In this document: piece after piece, positions 9,180 through 18,484 of the stretch
Layout of the letters: each line of letters opens with the position of its first letter
Position numbering within the stretch: position 1 is the first letter of the stretch
Assembly: GCA_964641955.1 (NCBI GenBank)
Contig: CAZXNM010000010.1
Span: 65-64,064, forward strand
From: an uncultured Planctomycetota bacterium
GTDB lineage: Bacteria > Planctomycetota > SKW154 > DAOVDS01
Reading direction: 5' to 3'
Length of the DNA stretch: 64,000 nucleotides
Notes under the pieces: generated by a model
Database searches by the model: none
What the model saw: the letters and a program-made list of their open reading frames with translations, nothing else
What the model was told of the DNA's origin: nothing
Position numbers and translations under genes: made by a program

Positions 9180-11573
9180 ATGTTCTGCGCGACGTGCGTG
9201 CGCGCCATCGAGAAATCGCTCCTCAAACTGGAAGGAGTGTCCGAGGCGAGCGTGAACCTCGCGGCGGGCAGCGTCACTGTTACCCACGATGCCGCCACGA
9301 CCGGGCATTCGGACATGGAAGATGCCATCAGGGAAGCAGGTTACGAGCCGGTAAGCATGCTGCATAAGACCGTAATCGGAATCAAGGGCATGACCTGCGC
9401 GGCCTGCGTGCGAGCCGTGGAGAAGGCGCTTGCCGGGCTCGAAGGCGTGGAAAGCGCCTCCGTCAACCTGGCTGCAAACAATGCCGTGGTCACATACGAC
9501 CCGGCAAGAGTATCTTTCGCCCAGTTCGAGAAGGTCGTAGCGGATGCAGGATACAAAGCCATACCGCCTCTGGAAACGGGCGCCGTTTCCGCGCCGCAAG
9601 ACTACGGCGAGGTTCGCCGGCTGAAGGTGCAGTTCATCGTAGCGGCCGTCTTCGCCGCGCCCCTTGCATACGTCGCAATGGGATCTCACTTCGGCGGTCC
9701 AATCCCGGCGTTCGTCGAGCGCAACATGGCGCTCGTGCAGCTTCTCCTGACCCTGCCGATAATTATTGTAGGCTACCGGTTTTATACTCGCGGTCTTGTT
9801 TCGCTCGCCAGGACGCGCGTGGCGAATATGGACACGCTTGTCGCGCTCGGCACGGGAACTGCGTTCGTTTACAGCCTCGTCGCATCCATCGGCATCTGGA
9901 CCGGGTCGCGCACCTTCACCGCCCATCAACTTTATTACGAGACTGCGGGGATACTTATAACCTTCATCCTGCTGGGCAACATGCTCGAGGCCGTGGCCAA
10001 GGGCCGCACGGGCGAGGCAATCCGGAAGCTCGCGGGGCTGCAGGCGAGGACGGCGCTGATCGAGCGCGACGGCTCCGAGACCGACATTCCCGTCGAACAG
10101 GTACGCGCCGGCGACATCGTCATCGTGAGGCCGGGCGAGAAGATTCCCGTGGACGGCGAGGTGACTGACGGCGCCTCGACCGTAGATGAATCCATGCTCA
10201 CGGGAGAGCCCGTCCCCGCGACGAAGAAGCCGGGCGACGCCGTCACTGGCGCAACTATCAACAGGTCCGGCTCGTTCAAGTTCCGGGCGACCCGCGTCGG
10301 CGCAGACACGGTGCTCGCGCAGATAATCAGGCTGGTCCAGGAAGCGCAGGGCTCGAAAGCGCCGGTGCAGAGGCTTGCCGACACGATAGCCGCCTTTTTC
10401 GTGCCGGTCGTAGTGAGCATTGCCATCGCGGCGTTCATCGTATGGCTGCTGACTGGCCATGATTTCTCGTTCGCCCTGAAAGCCGGGATAGCCGTGCTCA
10501 TTATCTCGTGCCCCTGCGCGCTCGGGCTCGCGACGCCCACGGCGATAATGGTCGGAACCGGCCTCGGCGCGAGCAAGGGGATACTGGTCAAGAACGCACA
10601 GGCGCTGCAGGCCATGAACTCGGTCACGACAGTCGTTTTCGACAAGACGGGCACACTAACCCGGGGAGAAATCCGGCTAACCGACACGGTGCCCCTCGGC
10701 GGCATGTCGAAGGACGAGATACTCAGGCTCGCGGGGATTGCCGAGAAGCGCTCCGAACATCCGCTCGGCGAGGCGATAGCGCTGGCGGCGGGCGAAACGC
10801 CCGACCCGGATGAATTCGAAACGGTGGAAGGCAAAGGGGTTCGAGTGAAATCCGAAGGCAAGACCGTGCTGGTCGGGTCGCGGAAACTTCTGTCAGATGC
10901 CGGAATCGATTCAGGCCCCGCCGAGGACAGGCTTGCCGCTCTGGAGCGGGACGGCAAGACGGCGGTCCTCGTCGCGGTGGATGGCGGGCTGGCGGCGGTC
11001 ATTGCAGTGGCCGACACTCTCAAGGAAAACGCCGCCGGGGCGGTGCGCCGGCTCAGGGAGATGGGCAAGTCGGCCATCATGCTGACCGGCGACAACGAGC
11101 GCACGGCCAGGGCAATCGCCGCCCGGGCCGGCATAGACGAGGTAATCGCCGATGTGCTGCCCGCCGAAAAGGCACAGCAGGTGAAAAACCTGCAGCAGGC
11201 CGGCAGGAAGGTCGCAATGGTTGGGGATGGCGTAAACGACGCCCCCGCCCTCGCACAGGCGGACGTGGGCATAGCCATCGGCTCCGGCACGGACGTGGCA
11301 ATCGAGTCGGCTCAGATTGTGCTCGTGCGCGACGACGTAATGGATGTCGCAAGGGCGGCCGCGTTGAGCGCTTACACCATGCGCAAGATTCGGCAGAACC
11401 TGTTCTGGGCGTTTTTCTACAACTCAGTGGGGATACCTGTGGCGGCAGGCGCGCTCTACCCCGTGTTCAAGACGCTCCTGCACCCGATAATCGCGGGGCT
11501 GGCCATGTCGTTCTCCTCGGTCAGCGTGGTCACCAACTCGCTGCTCATGAAACGCTTCGGCAGAAAAATATAA
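9180..11573 (+). CDS. copA: Copper-translocating P-type ATPase with two N-terminal heavy-metal-associated domains
   Basis: Carries GMxCxxC twice, TGE, the CPC transmembrane motif (SCPCALG), [15 protein letters not shown] and an HP motif. The first ATG at 9180 lies inside the first HMA domain. The in-frame upstream sequence encodes the missing beta1 strand ([14 protein letters not shown]), with GGAGG plus a CTG at 9138. Confidence 0.85.
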   Translation: MFCATCVRAIEKSLLKLEGVSEASVNLAAGSVTVTHDAATTGHSDMEDAIREAGYEPVSMLHKTVIGIKGMTCAACVRAVEKALAGLEGVESASVNLAANNAVVTYDPARVSFAQFEKVVADAGYKAIPPLETGAVSAPQDYGEVRRLKVQFIVAAVFAAPLAYVAMGSHFGGPIPAFVERNMALVQLLLTLPIIIVGYRFYTRGLVSLARTRVANMDTLVALGTGTAFVYSLVASIGIWTGSRTFTAHQLYYETAGILITFILLGNMLEAVAKGRTGEAIRKLAGLQARTALIERDGSETDIPVEQVRAGDIVIVRPGEKIPVDGEVTDGASTVDESMLTGEPVPATKKPGDAVTGATINRSGSFKFRATRVGADTVLAQIIRLVQEAQGSKAPVQRLADTIAAFFVPVVVSIAIAAFIVWLLTGHDFSFALKAGIAVLIISCPCALGLATPTAIMVGTGLGASKGILVKNAQALQAMNSVTTVVFDKTGTLTRGEIRLTDTVPLGGMSKDEILRLAGIAEKRSEHPLGEAIALAAGETPDPDEFETVEGKGVRVKSEGKTVLVGSRKLLSDAGIDSGPAEDRLAALERDGKTAVLVAVDGGLAAVIAVADTLKENAAGAVRRLREMGKSAIMLTGDNERTARAIAARAGIDEVIADVLPAEKAQQVKNLQQAGRKVAMVGDGVNDAPALAQADVGIAIGSGTDVAIESAQIVLVRDDVMDVARAAALSAYTMRKIRQNLFWAFFYNSVGIPVAAGALYPVFKTLLHPIIAGLAMSFSSVSVVTNSLLMKRFGRKI

Positions 11574-11677
11574 TCCCGGCCACACGTTCGCATAGTTTGC
11601 AAAATGGTTGCCATCTGCAACCGAATATGTCACAATTCTCATGCGGAACCCGACTGTCGAGGTCACGGAGGAGTCCG

Positions 11678-12034
11678 GTGCAGGACAGGCGGAAATTCAA
11701 ACGGCTCAGGTACGGTGTGCGGGTGGAAATTTCGTACTACCGGAACAAGCCCGGCGACACGGACGTCATAAGGAAGCTCACCACAAAGGACATCAGCACC
11801 GGCGGGATACGTGTCGTCCTCAAGGATAAGCTGGAGGAAGGCACCCTCGTTTCCCTAAGGCTGGTCCTGCCGGATACGGGCAGGGATGTCACATGCTTCG
11901 CCCAGGTTGCCTGGACCGCGCCCGCCGGGGCGGACGAATTCGAGACGGGTTTCGCGTTCATGGACATTTCCAACCAGGAAACGAACATCCTGCAGGAATT
12001 CATAGACATGGAACTCGACAAGGGAATCGAATAA
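11678..12034 (+). CDS. PilZ-domain protein (c-di-GMP receptor)
   Basis: RRKFKRLRY and DISTGGIRV match the two PilZ motifs RxxxR and D/NxSxxG. The ORF track starts at 11597, but GTG at 11678 is preceded by GGAGG (spacing 6) and gives a typical 119-aa PilZ protein. Confidence 0.65.
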   Translation: MQDRRKFKRLRYGVRVEISYYRNKPGDTDVIRKLTTKDISTGGIRVVLKDKLEEGTLVSLRLVLPDTGRDVTCFAQVAWTAPAGADEFETGFAFMDISNQETNILQEFIDMELDKGIE

Positions 12035-12059
12035 ACCGAAGCAGGCGAACATATAAGCA

Positions 12060-12089
12060 AAGCCCCGGAAGAAAAATCCTCCGGGGCTT
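12060..12089. terminator. 10-bp perfect hairpin (AAGCCCCGGA-N10-TCCGGGGCTT) between convergent genes
   Basis: Seen directly in sequence between the PilZ gene (+) and the 12112..13638 gene (-). No strong U-tract on either side. Confidence 0.3.
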
Positions 12090-12111
12090 CTGCCTGGGTA
12101 AAGGCAATACG

Positions 12112-13638
12112 TCAATGTAATGTCAGGATATAGGTCCTCCATTCCTGGTCGAGCTTCTCTTCCTCCCAGGGGAATATCTTGTTGAACTGCGCGACCGGTT
12201 CCACGCCCTCTTTCTTGAACTCCTTGAAGTATTTCTTGAACTTGTCGCGCATCTTCGACGAATGGTGAATCAGGAAGTAGCACAGCCCCCAGCCGTGGGC
12301 GTAATGGAACGCGGAGTAGCCGCGCTGCGTCATCCTAATGAGGTCCGAGAGCTTGGTGTAGCGATTTCTCGCCATTGCCCCGCGCAGCGTGCCGAGCCGG
12401 CCCTTGTTGACCTGGCCTGTGGCAAGCTGCCCGCTGCCTGTCACCTGCGCGCACTCGAAGTAGGTCGCCAGCCCTTCCACCATCCAGATACCGCCCTGCA
12501 CCTGCGTCAGGCGCCCCATGTCGGGCCAGATAAGCCCCTGGAACTGGTGCGTCCCCTCGTGGAAGAGCACAGTCTGGGTGTTCAGGTTCCCGGCGCGGCC
12601 CAGGAAGCAGACAATCTTAGAGCCGTCGTAGTACCCGCCTACGCCGGGACCCTTGTGGTCTTTCGCCATGAATTCCCTCTGGTCCGCGTACATGTGGACA
12701 AGGAACGGCTGCTCCTGCTTCTCCTTGTAGGCGAATATCCGGCAGTACTCCTTGTACATCTTGTCCATGAGCTGGGCGTAGTATTTAGTCTTGTCGGAAG
12801 GGCCGTTGGACATGAAGATGTAACTCTTCGACTCGTAGTGATTTTTCCAGCCGAGCTTCTGCTTGTATGATTCAATCCATTTATTGCGCTCGTCCTTGCC
12901 CTTGGGGATGGGATTCTTCCGGCCGAACGCGCCTTTCTTACGGCGTATGGCCGCAGCTGCATCGCCGGACTCATCCTCGCCGGGGTCTTCCTCGACTTTC
13001 TCGCCTTTTGCCTTCTTTTCCTCGCGCTCCTGCTCTTTTTGCTTCAGGTACGCGGCGCGGCGCTTCTTTTCCTCCTCGTCCCATATCTTCTTGGAAATCC
13101 ACTTGCCGTCGTCCGTCTTGACGAGGCCGGCCATGTACTTGTCCTTGTCGGCCGGCGGCATCCATACTCCGCCGTACTCGACCCAGCCCCGCGCTTTCTG
13201 GTATTCCGCTTCGCTCTCGTACCACGTGCCCTTGTGCTTCATGTGCCCGAGCTTCGTGCGGGCCTCCATGTGCTCGGGATTGGCCTCTATGACTTTCCGG
13301 AAGCATTCCCTGGCCTTGTCCTCGCGCTGGTACTCCTCGCACCACAGCCCGAGCTTGTACCAGCCGGTCGGGTCGCTCTTGGACAGCTTCTCTGCGCGCC
13401 GCTTGAACTCCGTGTCGAAGTCGAACCCGCGCTCCATGGAGGATATCTCGTCGCGCGCTATGCGCTGGTCGCCGTATTTGCCGCGAAGGACTATGTGCTC
13501 ATCGCCCTCTTCAATGATTTTACCGCGCAACTCCTTCCCGTCCGTCAGTCGCACAATGTCTTCCGCGTGGACTGCGCTGCAGACGAGAAACAGCAGTAAC
13601 ATGGTCAGTGCGGCAGGCAGCAGTTGCTTCGCTCTCAT
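12112..13638 (-). CDS. Secreted HExxH metallopeptidase-like protein (DUF1570-like) with an N-terminal beta-module and TPR-like region
   Basis: ATG at 13638 gives a signal peptide (MRAKQLLPAALTMLLLFLVCSAVHA). A VLFHEGTHQFQ zinc-binding motif lies in the C-terminal domain. It has a Lys/Glu-rich linker, and its N-terminal region is paralogous to the 18485..19747 protein. Confidence 0.55.
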   Translation of the reverse strand: MRAKQLLPAALTMLLLFLVCSAVHAEDIVRLTDGKELRGKIIEEGDEHIVLRGKYGDQRIARDEISSMERGFDFDTEFKRRAEKLSKSDPTGWYKLGLWCEEYQREDKARECFRKVIEANPEHMEARTKLGHMKHKGTWYESEAEYQKARGWVEYGGVWMPPADKDKYMAGLVKTDDGKWISKKIWDEEEKKRRAAYLKQKEQEREEKKAKGEKVEEDPGEDESGDAAAAIRRKKGAFGRKNPIPKGKDERNKWIESYKQKLGWKNHYESKSYIFMSNGPSDKTKYYAQLMDKMYKEYCRIFAYKEKQEQPFLVHMYADQREFMAKDHKGPGVGGYYDGSKIVCFLGRAGNLNTQTVLFHEGTHQFQGLIWPDMGRLTQVQGGIWMVEGLATYFECAQVTGSGQLATGQVNKGRLGTLRGAMARNRYTKLSDLIRMTQRGYSAFHYAHGWGLCYFLIHHSSKMRDKFKKYFKEFKKEGVEPVAQFNKIFPWEEEKLDQEWRTYILTLH

Positions 13639-13666
13639 TTCTCGTTCCTCTCGGCAATACGGCATT

Positions 13667-13708
13667 CAGGGACAGGCGTATTGACATTGTCCCTGCCCAT
13701 CATAAATA
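13667..13708 (+). promoter_or_regulatory. Candidate sigma70 promoter of aroA (TTGACA-N16-TAAATA) with an 8-bp inverted repeat (CAGGGACA/TGTCCCTG) bracketing the -35
   Basis: Hexamers and the inverted repeat are read directly from sequence. The predicted start site lies about 2 nt before the aroA ATG at 13717, so the mRNA would be near-leaderless. Confidence 0.35.
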
Positions 13709-13716
13709 ATGGGGGC

Positions 13717-14985
13717 ATGGAGGTTTCCGTTAGCACGGTCAAGAAGATTGACATTAGCTTTACATTGCCCGGCTCGAAGTCCATCGGCGCCCGCGCGGCG
13801 CTCCTTTCGGCCCTCGCGCACGGCCGGACGAAGCTCGCGAACATTCCCACCTGCCGCGATTTCCACGTAGTCGTCGAAGCCCTCGGCGCGCTCGGCTTTG
13901 AGTGCCGGCTCGACAGGCAGGCCGGCACGCTCGAAGTCAATGGCACCGGAGGAGTGCTGCCCACACCGGGAGGCAGTATTTTCATCGAGGACAACGGCAC
14001 TGCCCTGCGGTTGCTGACGGCGTTCTGCACGCTCGGTAAAGGCATGTTCACCTTGGACGGCAGCCCGCGCCTGCGCGAGCGTCCCGTCAGGCCGCTTGCC
14101 GACGCTCTCAACAGCCTTGGTACCAGCGTAGCCTGCACGGGCGAAGGCGCGCCCGTCACAGTGGAAGCCGCCGGCCTGCCTGGCGGCGAGACTGAAATCG
14201 ACTGTTCCGCCTCGTCGCAGTTCCTCTCCGGGCTGCTAATTGCAGGCCCGTTTTCCGAATCCGGCGTGAAGGTCAGGGCACTCAACCTCGTGTCCCGGCC
14301 CTACGTCGATATAACACTCGCCCTCATGCAGCACTTCGGCCTCGACGTGAGTGCCGGCCCCGACGATAACTACCAGACGCCGGGCCGTCAGACAGCCCGG
14401 GCGAAAGACCTCGTCATCGAGTCGGACGCCTCCAGCGCGGCCTACTTCTTCGCCGCTGCGGCAGTCTGCGGCGGCAGGGTCCGCATACTCAACCTGAAGC
14501 CCGGCTCCATGCAGGCTGACATGCTCTTCGTCTCGCTCCTCGGTGGCATGGGCGCGGACCTCGCATACGGCGACGACTGGGTCGAAGTTCGCGGCACAGG
14601 CCGCCTGACAGGCATAGAGACAGACATGAGCGACTATCCCGACTCCGTCCCGCTGCTGGCCGCAATAGCCCCGTTCTGCACTTCGCCCACCACTATTCGT
14701 AATATCCCCCACCTGCGCCACAAGGAGTCCGACCGCATAGCCGCCATACAGCAGGAGCTGGAGCGCTGCGGCGTCACTGTCGAGTCCGGCCCCGACTGGC
14801 TCACGGTCCACCCGTCCGAAGTCAGGGGCGCAGCCGTCCAGTCGCACAACGACCACAGGATAGCCATGTCCATGTCGGTGCTGGGCCTGCGCGCGGGCGG
14901 TGTCACGATTACCGGCGCCGAGTGCGTCGAAAAATCCTTCCCCGAGTTCTTCGACTACCTCAGTAGAGTATCGAGTAACCCGTAG
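13717..14985 (+). CDS. aroA: 3-phosphoshikimate 1-carboxyvinyltransferase (EPSP synthase)
   Basis: LPGSKSIGARAALLSALA..., the conserved D-x-S-S-AAYF and R-x-KESDR motifs, and a 423-aa length from the ATG at 13717. The ORF track begins earlier at an alternative start. Confidence 0.9.
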   Translation: MEVSVSTVKKIDISFTLPGSKSIGARAALLSALAHGRTKLANIPTCRDFHVVVEALGALGFECRLDRQAGTLEVNGTGGVLPTPGGSIFIEDNGTALRLLTAFCTLGKGMFTLDGSPRLRERPVRPLADALNSLGTSVACTGEGAPVTVEAAGLPGGETEIDCSASSQFLSGLLIAGPFSESGVKVRALNLVSRPYVDITLALMQHFGLDVSAGPDDNYQTPGRQTARAKDLVIESDASSAAYFFAAAAVCGGRVRILNLKPGSMQADMLFVSLLGGMGADLAYGDDWVEVRGTGRLTGIETDMSDYPDSVPLLAAIAPFCTSPTTIRNIPHLRHKESDRIAAIQQELERCGVTVESGPDWLTVHPSEVRGAAVQSHNDHRIAMSMSVLGLRAGGVTITGAECVEKSFPEFFDYLSRVSSNP

Positions 14986-15017
14986 CGGGTAACGAAGAAG
15001 AAGCGACGCTACAGTCG

Positions 15018-15521
15018 TTATTTTCTGCGGCTGAAGTGCATGATAACGCCGCCGTATACTACTGGATTGGAGAGCAGTCCGCCGGGCGCCTTCGCCTTCA
15101 GCACCAGACAGACAGGCGTGAAGTAGGTGTGCTTCGTCTTCAGGTCCAGAGGCTCGCGCATGCCCTTCGATTCGCGGATAACCGCTTCTTCAGCACTTAC
15201 CGAGACCGAAACCTCCGTTGACGGCTCGGTGGTCACTTTGTCTCCATCTTCCACATCCCAGTACAGCACGCCGGTACAGACAAAGATACCTTTCCAATAG
15301 TTGAAGCAGATGGCCCCCGGCTTGCCCTCTACGAACGTGAATGATGCCGCTTCTTCGCAATAAGATTCTGAACTGGCATCAGTCTTCAGCAGACTCAACT
15401 TGACGTGAACATCCACATTCCACGTTCCCGGTTTCGAGTGCTGCGTCTCGGATACCGACGCTGTCGTTGCTATGCAGCCGGCAAGGACCGTAATGACCAC
15501 AATTGCTATCCACTTCGCCAT
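15018..15521 (-). CDS. Hypothetical lipoprotein
   Basis: MAKWIAIVVITVLAGC is a signal peptide plus lipobox. It sits in a locally lower-GC islet, with no recognised domain. Confidence 0.45.
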   Translation of the reverse strand: MAKWIAIVVITVLAGCIATTASVSETQHSKPGTWNVDVHVKLSLLKTDASSESYCEEAASFTFVEGKPGAICFNYWKGIFVCTGVLYWDVEDGDKVTTEPSTEVSVSVSAEEAVIRESKGMREPLDLKTKHTYFTPVCLVLKAKAPGGLLSNPVVYGGVIMHFSRRK

Positions 15522-15545
15522 ACCATCGTCCCGGATAGTGTGATA

Positions 15546-16106
15546 TCAGTATTGCTTGAGCTTGTTATCCATTCGCTTCAGGTGCTTCTCGATAATCGTG
15601 TTCATTGCTGCGACAAAATGCTTCCCTTCCTCAGTCTCATCGCCTCCTGCTACATGAAAATGCATGTAACAACCCTCGTTTTTCAACTTGACCAGGGGTG
15701 CGCGCTTACCGAGTCGATGGAAGTCTTCGGGGTGCTTCGCGTAGTCCATCTGAACCCAAATTACCCAGACAAGCTTTCTGGCTCTTGGGATTCCGTCATC
15801 TCCGCGAGATGACTCAGGACCGAAGTAGTTCAAGCTGTAGGAACCGAACTCATGACCAGACCCGCCTGAGTCATTGAGTGCTTCCACTATCTTTACTTCG
15901 TCTATGCGTGCAAGCTGAGGGATTTTTGGCTTCGTCTCTATCATCTCGGCCTGGATGTCCTTCAAGGTGTTTACCATCATGGCGCGGATTGTCTCCCAGC
16001 CGCCAGTATCTGCGCTCGCGGGCTCTGATTCCCTCCCGCTTTTTTGGCCGTTGCACGCCGCCAACACAATCAGCGCCAGCAGTGCAACAGCTACCCATTT
16101 CCCCAT
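15546..16106 (-). CDS. Hypothetical lipoprotein (signal peptide similar to the neighbouring lipoprotein)
   Basis: MGKWVAVALLALIVLAAC lipobox in the lower-GC islet. Confidence 0.45.
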   Translation of the reverse strand: MGKWVAVALLALIVLAACNGQKSGRESEPASADTGGWETIRAMMVNTLKDIQAEMIETKPKIPQLARIDEVKIVEALNDSGGSGHEFGSYSLNYFGPESSRGDDGIPRARKLVWVIWVQMDYAKHPEDFHRLGKRAPLVKLKNEGCYMHFHVAGGDETEEGKHFVAAMNTIIEKHLKRMDNKLKQY

Positions 16107-16220
16107 CTCGTCGCTCCATATTGTGTGAATTCATCAGGAATAATACCATCGCGCCGAGGGCGGAGGCAAATTGGGCTATGCATGCCCCATCTTAACCACT
16201 GATTTGCAACTCAGGACGCG

Positions 16221-18227
16221 TCAGTACGGGATTTCGGGCGGGTTGATGTATACTGTGTTTATTCCGGCTTTTGCACATGCCTGGAGCACGTAGGCCACGT
16301 GGAAAGACGGCACGAAGGCGTCCAGCTCCAGCTCGATGCAGTCTGTTTTAGACTTCTCCCTCTGCTCCTTGAGATGGTACATCAGCTTCAGGTAGTCCGG
16401 CAGTCTCTCGCCCATTTTATTCACGACAAACGGCAGATACTGCCCGCCCGCCTTCAACTGAGTACGCCCGTCGTTCGGGTTCTTTGTTCTTCTGCGGCTG
16501 TCCATTCTGCACCACCACAGCTTCACAGGCACCCTTCCGCTGTTTTCCTGAGTCGCGGGCAGAATAACGACCTTGACCTCCTGCGGGAGTACAAGCCTCT
16601 CATCCTGGATGAACCTGTACCCTCTTATCTCCTTCCCGACACGGAATTCCGATACTCCCGCCTGTACGCAGGCACCCATCACCCGCTGGAGAGTTTCGAC
16701 ACACGCGCTGCTTCCAAGAAGTATCTGCAGAATCCTGCCGCCTGCCTGCGCGTTGCGGGCCATACTTGCGCAAAGCATTTCGCACACTTTCCCCGCCCTG
16801 AAAGACCTCTTCTCATCAACTACGTAATGCAACTGCTCGCCTACAATCTCGGCAGCTGCGGGGCTTTTCTCGCTGCAGAGCGTCTCCAGCAGCACATCGC
16901 CCGTCCCGGCGTTTTCGCTCTCCTCGAGCAGGAACCACGTGGCGAAAAGGTGCCAGTAGTACTCGCGAGGATTAAGCATGAGCGACCTGAGAAATTCCAT
17001 TCCCCCGTCGGTTTCCAGCCGGGCGATATCGCTGCCCGCCGATTTTCTTGCAGCCTTGTATTCTTCGGGGTTGCGCCTCTCCCTGAGCGCGACCGATACT
17101 CTTCTGAGCGAGGCGCGGTATCCGCTTTCGTACAGCCCGGCAAACGCGGCAATAACAAGCGCCGCAAGCACCGCCACCCGCGCCCGCAGGAAGACGGGCG
17201 ACCTGCCCTGCTCTTCCGCAGCAGGCATTTCCTCCTGTTCCTCGCGGGGACGGAGCGCAAAGGCGCACAGAATCGGTACTAAAATCGAGGAAAAGAGCAT
17301 GATGACGGCCAGTAAATAGCCCGAAGTTATCGGCGCGAACACGAACCGGCCGATTTCCTCGGCCGACTGGAATCTCTCGAAACCTGCCGATGAACTCCGG
17401 AGCACTCCCAGGGTCCAGCCCCAGAAAAGGGCGCACAGCAGCCCGGCTACGACCGGCAGTACGACTGCAAGCATGGAAGCTTTTCCGGGCCTGGTTTTGC
17501 GGACAGTGAGCGCCCAAATGAAGATTGCTACAGCCGCAATTGGGAAGAGAGCCGCCAGAAAAGTGAAGACACTACCGTGAAACGGCAGACTGCCATAGCT
17601 TACTCCCAGCTCTTCCGGCCTCAGCCTCGAATGCGCAAGCAGCACGAAAGCAGGCGCAGCAGAGGCGGCCGGCAGCGACCATCCGCGTCCCTTGCGGTAA
17701 ACGTAGATTGCTCCTGCAAGCAGGAAAAACCCCGCGGTCAGGAGAATTGCACTGCTAATGGCTGACAGGCCCTCGGAGAATACGGCGCTTCTCAATGCCT
17801 CCAGGCCCGGCCCTTCGGAGATATTGTATACCGGGGAGGCTACCGTCTTGAGCGTCCACGTCACAATCCCCGTCGCGGGCGATGAGACTGCCGCGAAAGC
17901 GAAGCAGGCGGCGGAACCGGCGCCCAGCATCGCCGCATGGGCGGCAATCCGCGGACGTTCCCGGTTCTCCTCCGAAACGCGGCGCAGGAACAGGAAAAAC
18001 AGTATGCCGAGCCCCGCAAGCTTCAGGACCAGCCCGACTCGCGATACACCGTGGGCCCAGTCGTAGTAGCCGATGTTGATGTCATCCCAGCCGGGCCATC
18101 CGGCCGACTGCGAGATAATGGATGCGGCCTCTACTCCTCCGAAGGAAAGCCGTAGATCTTGATACCAGGTGCCGATTGCCAGAACGGCGATTCCCGCGAC
18201 GAGGAGGACCAGGTTGCGTCGGTTCAT
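16221..18227 (-). CDS. Large multi-pass membrane protein with a C-terminal ExbD/TolR-like domain
   Basis: At least 10 predicted hydrophobic helices. The C-terminal ...ELELDAFVPSFHVAYVLQACAKAGINTVYINPPE resembles the ExbD/TolR periplasmic domain. Confidence 0.5.
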   Translation of the reverse strand: MNRRNLVLLVAGIAVLAIGTWYQDLRLSFGGVEAASIISQSAGWPGWDDINIGYYDWAHGVSRVGLVLKLAGLGILFFLFLRRVSEENRERPRIAAHAAMLGAGSAACFAFAAVSSPATGIVTWTLKTVASPVYNISEGPGLEALRSAVFSEGLSAISSAILLTAGFFLLAGAIYVYRKGRGWSLPAASAAPAFVLLAHSRLRPEELGVSYGSLPFHGSVFTFLAALFPIAAVAIFIWALTVRKTRPGKASMLAVVLPVVAGLLCALFWGWTLGVLRSSSAGFERFQSAEEIGRFVFAPITSGYLLAVIMLFSSILVPILCAFALRPREEQEEMPAAEEQGRSPVFLRARVAVLAALVIAAFAGLYESGYRASLRRVSVALRERRNPEEYKAARKSAGSDIARLETDGGMEFLRSLMLNPREYYWHLFATWFLLEESENAGTGDVLLETLCSEKSPAAAEIVGEQLHYVVDEKRSFRAGKVCEMLCASMARNAQAGGRILQILLGSSACVETLQRVMGACVQAGVSEFRVGKEIRGYRFIQDERLVLPQEVKVVILPATQENSGRVPVKLWWCRMDSRRRTKNPNDGRTQLKAGGQYLPFVVNKMGERLPDYLKLMYHLKEQREKSKTDCIELELDAFVPSFHVAYVLQACAKAGINTVYINPPEIPY

Positions 18228-18484
18228 CCCCTGCTCCCCTCAAACCGTGCGCGTGATAAATGTATAATAACCCCGGTTTCGACAGAAACAAGAGCGCATC
18301 AATAAATTTTTATGATGCCTCGATTGCAGGCTGGATTTCCCGAATGAAACGCCGATATGCTCGTCCAATTGGCCTGGCGGGGGAGTTTGGGGAGTGTTTT
18401 TGAACAAATTTGGGTCAATAAAGCATGTTGTGTCGTGTTAAAATAGTGTACCGGGCGAAGCTAAATACCGCAGGAGGTTTACTC

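Noticed and set aside
9102-11290. Two roughly 450-aa minus-strand ORFs (9102..10460, 9935..11290)
   Set aside because: Both are antisense to copA. Artefacts of high GC.
16299-17517. Plus- and minus-strand ORFs inside the 16221..18227 membrane-protein gene
   Set aside because: Off-frame or antisense, with no hydrophobic periodicity or motifs. The long membrane-protein frame explains the region.
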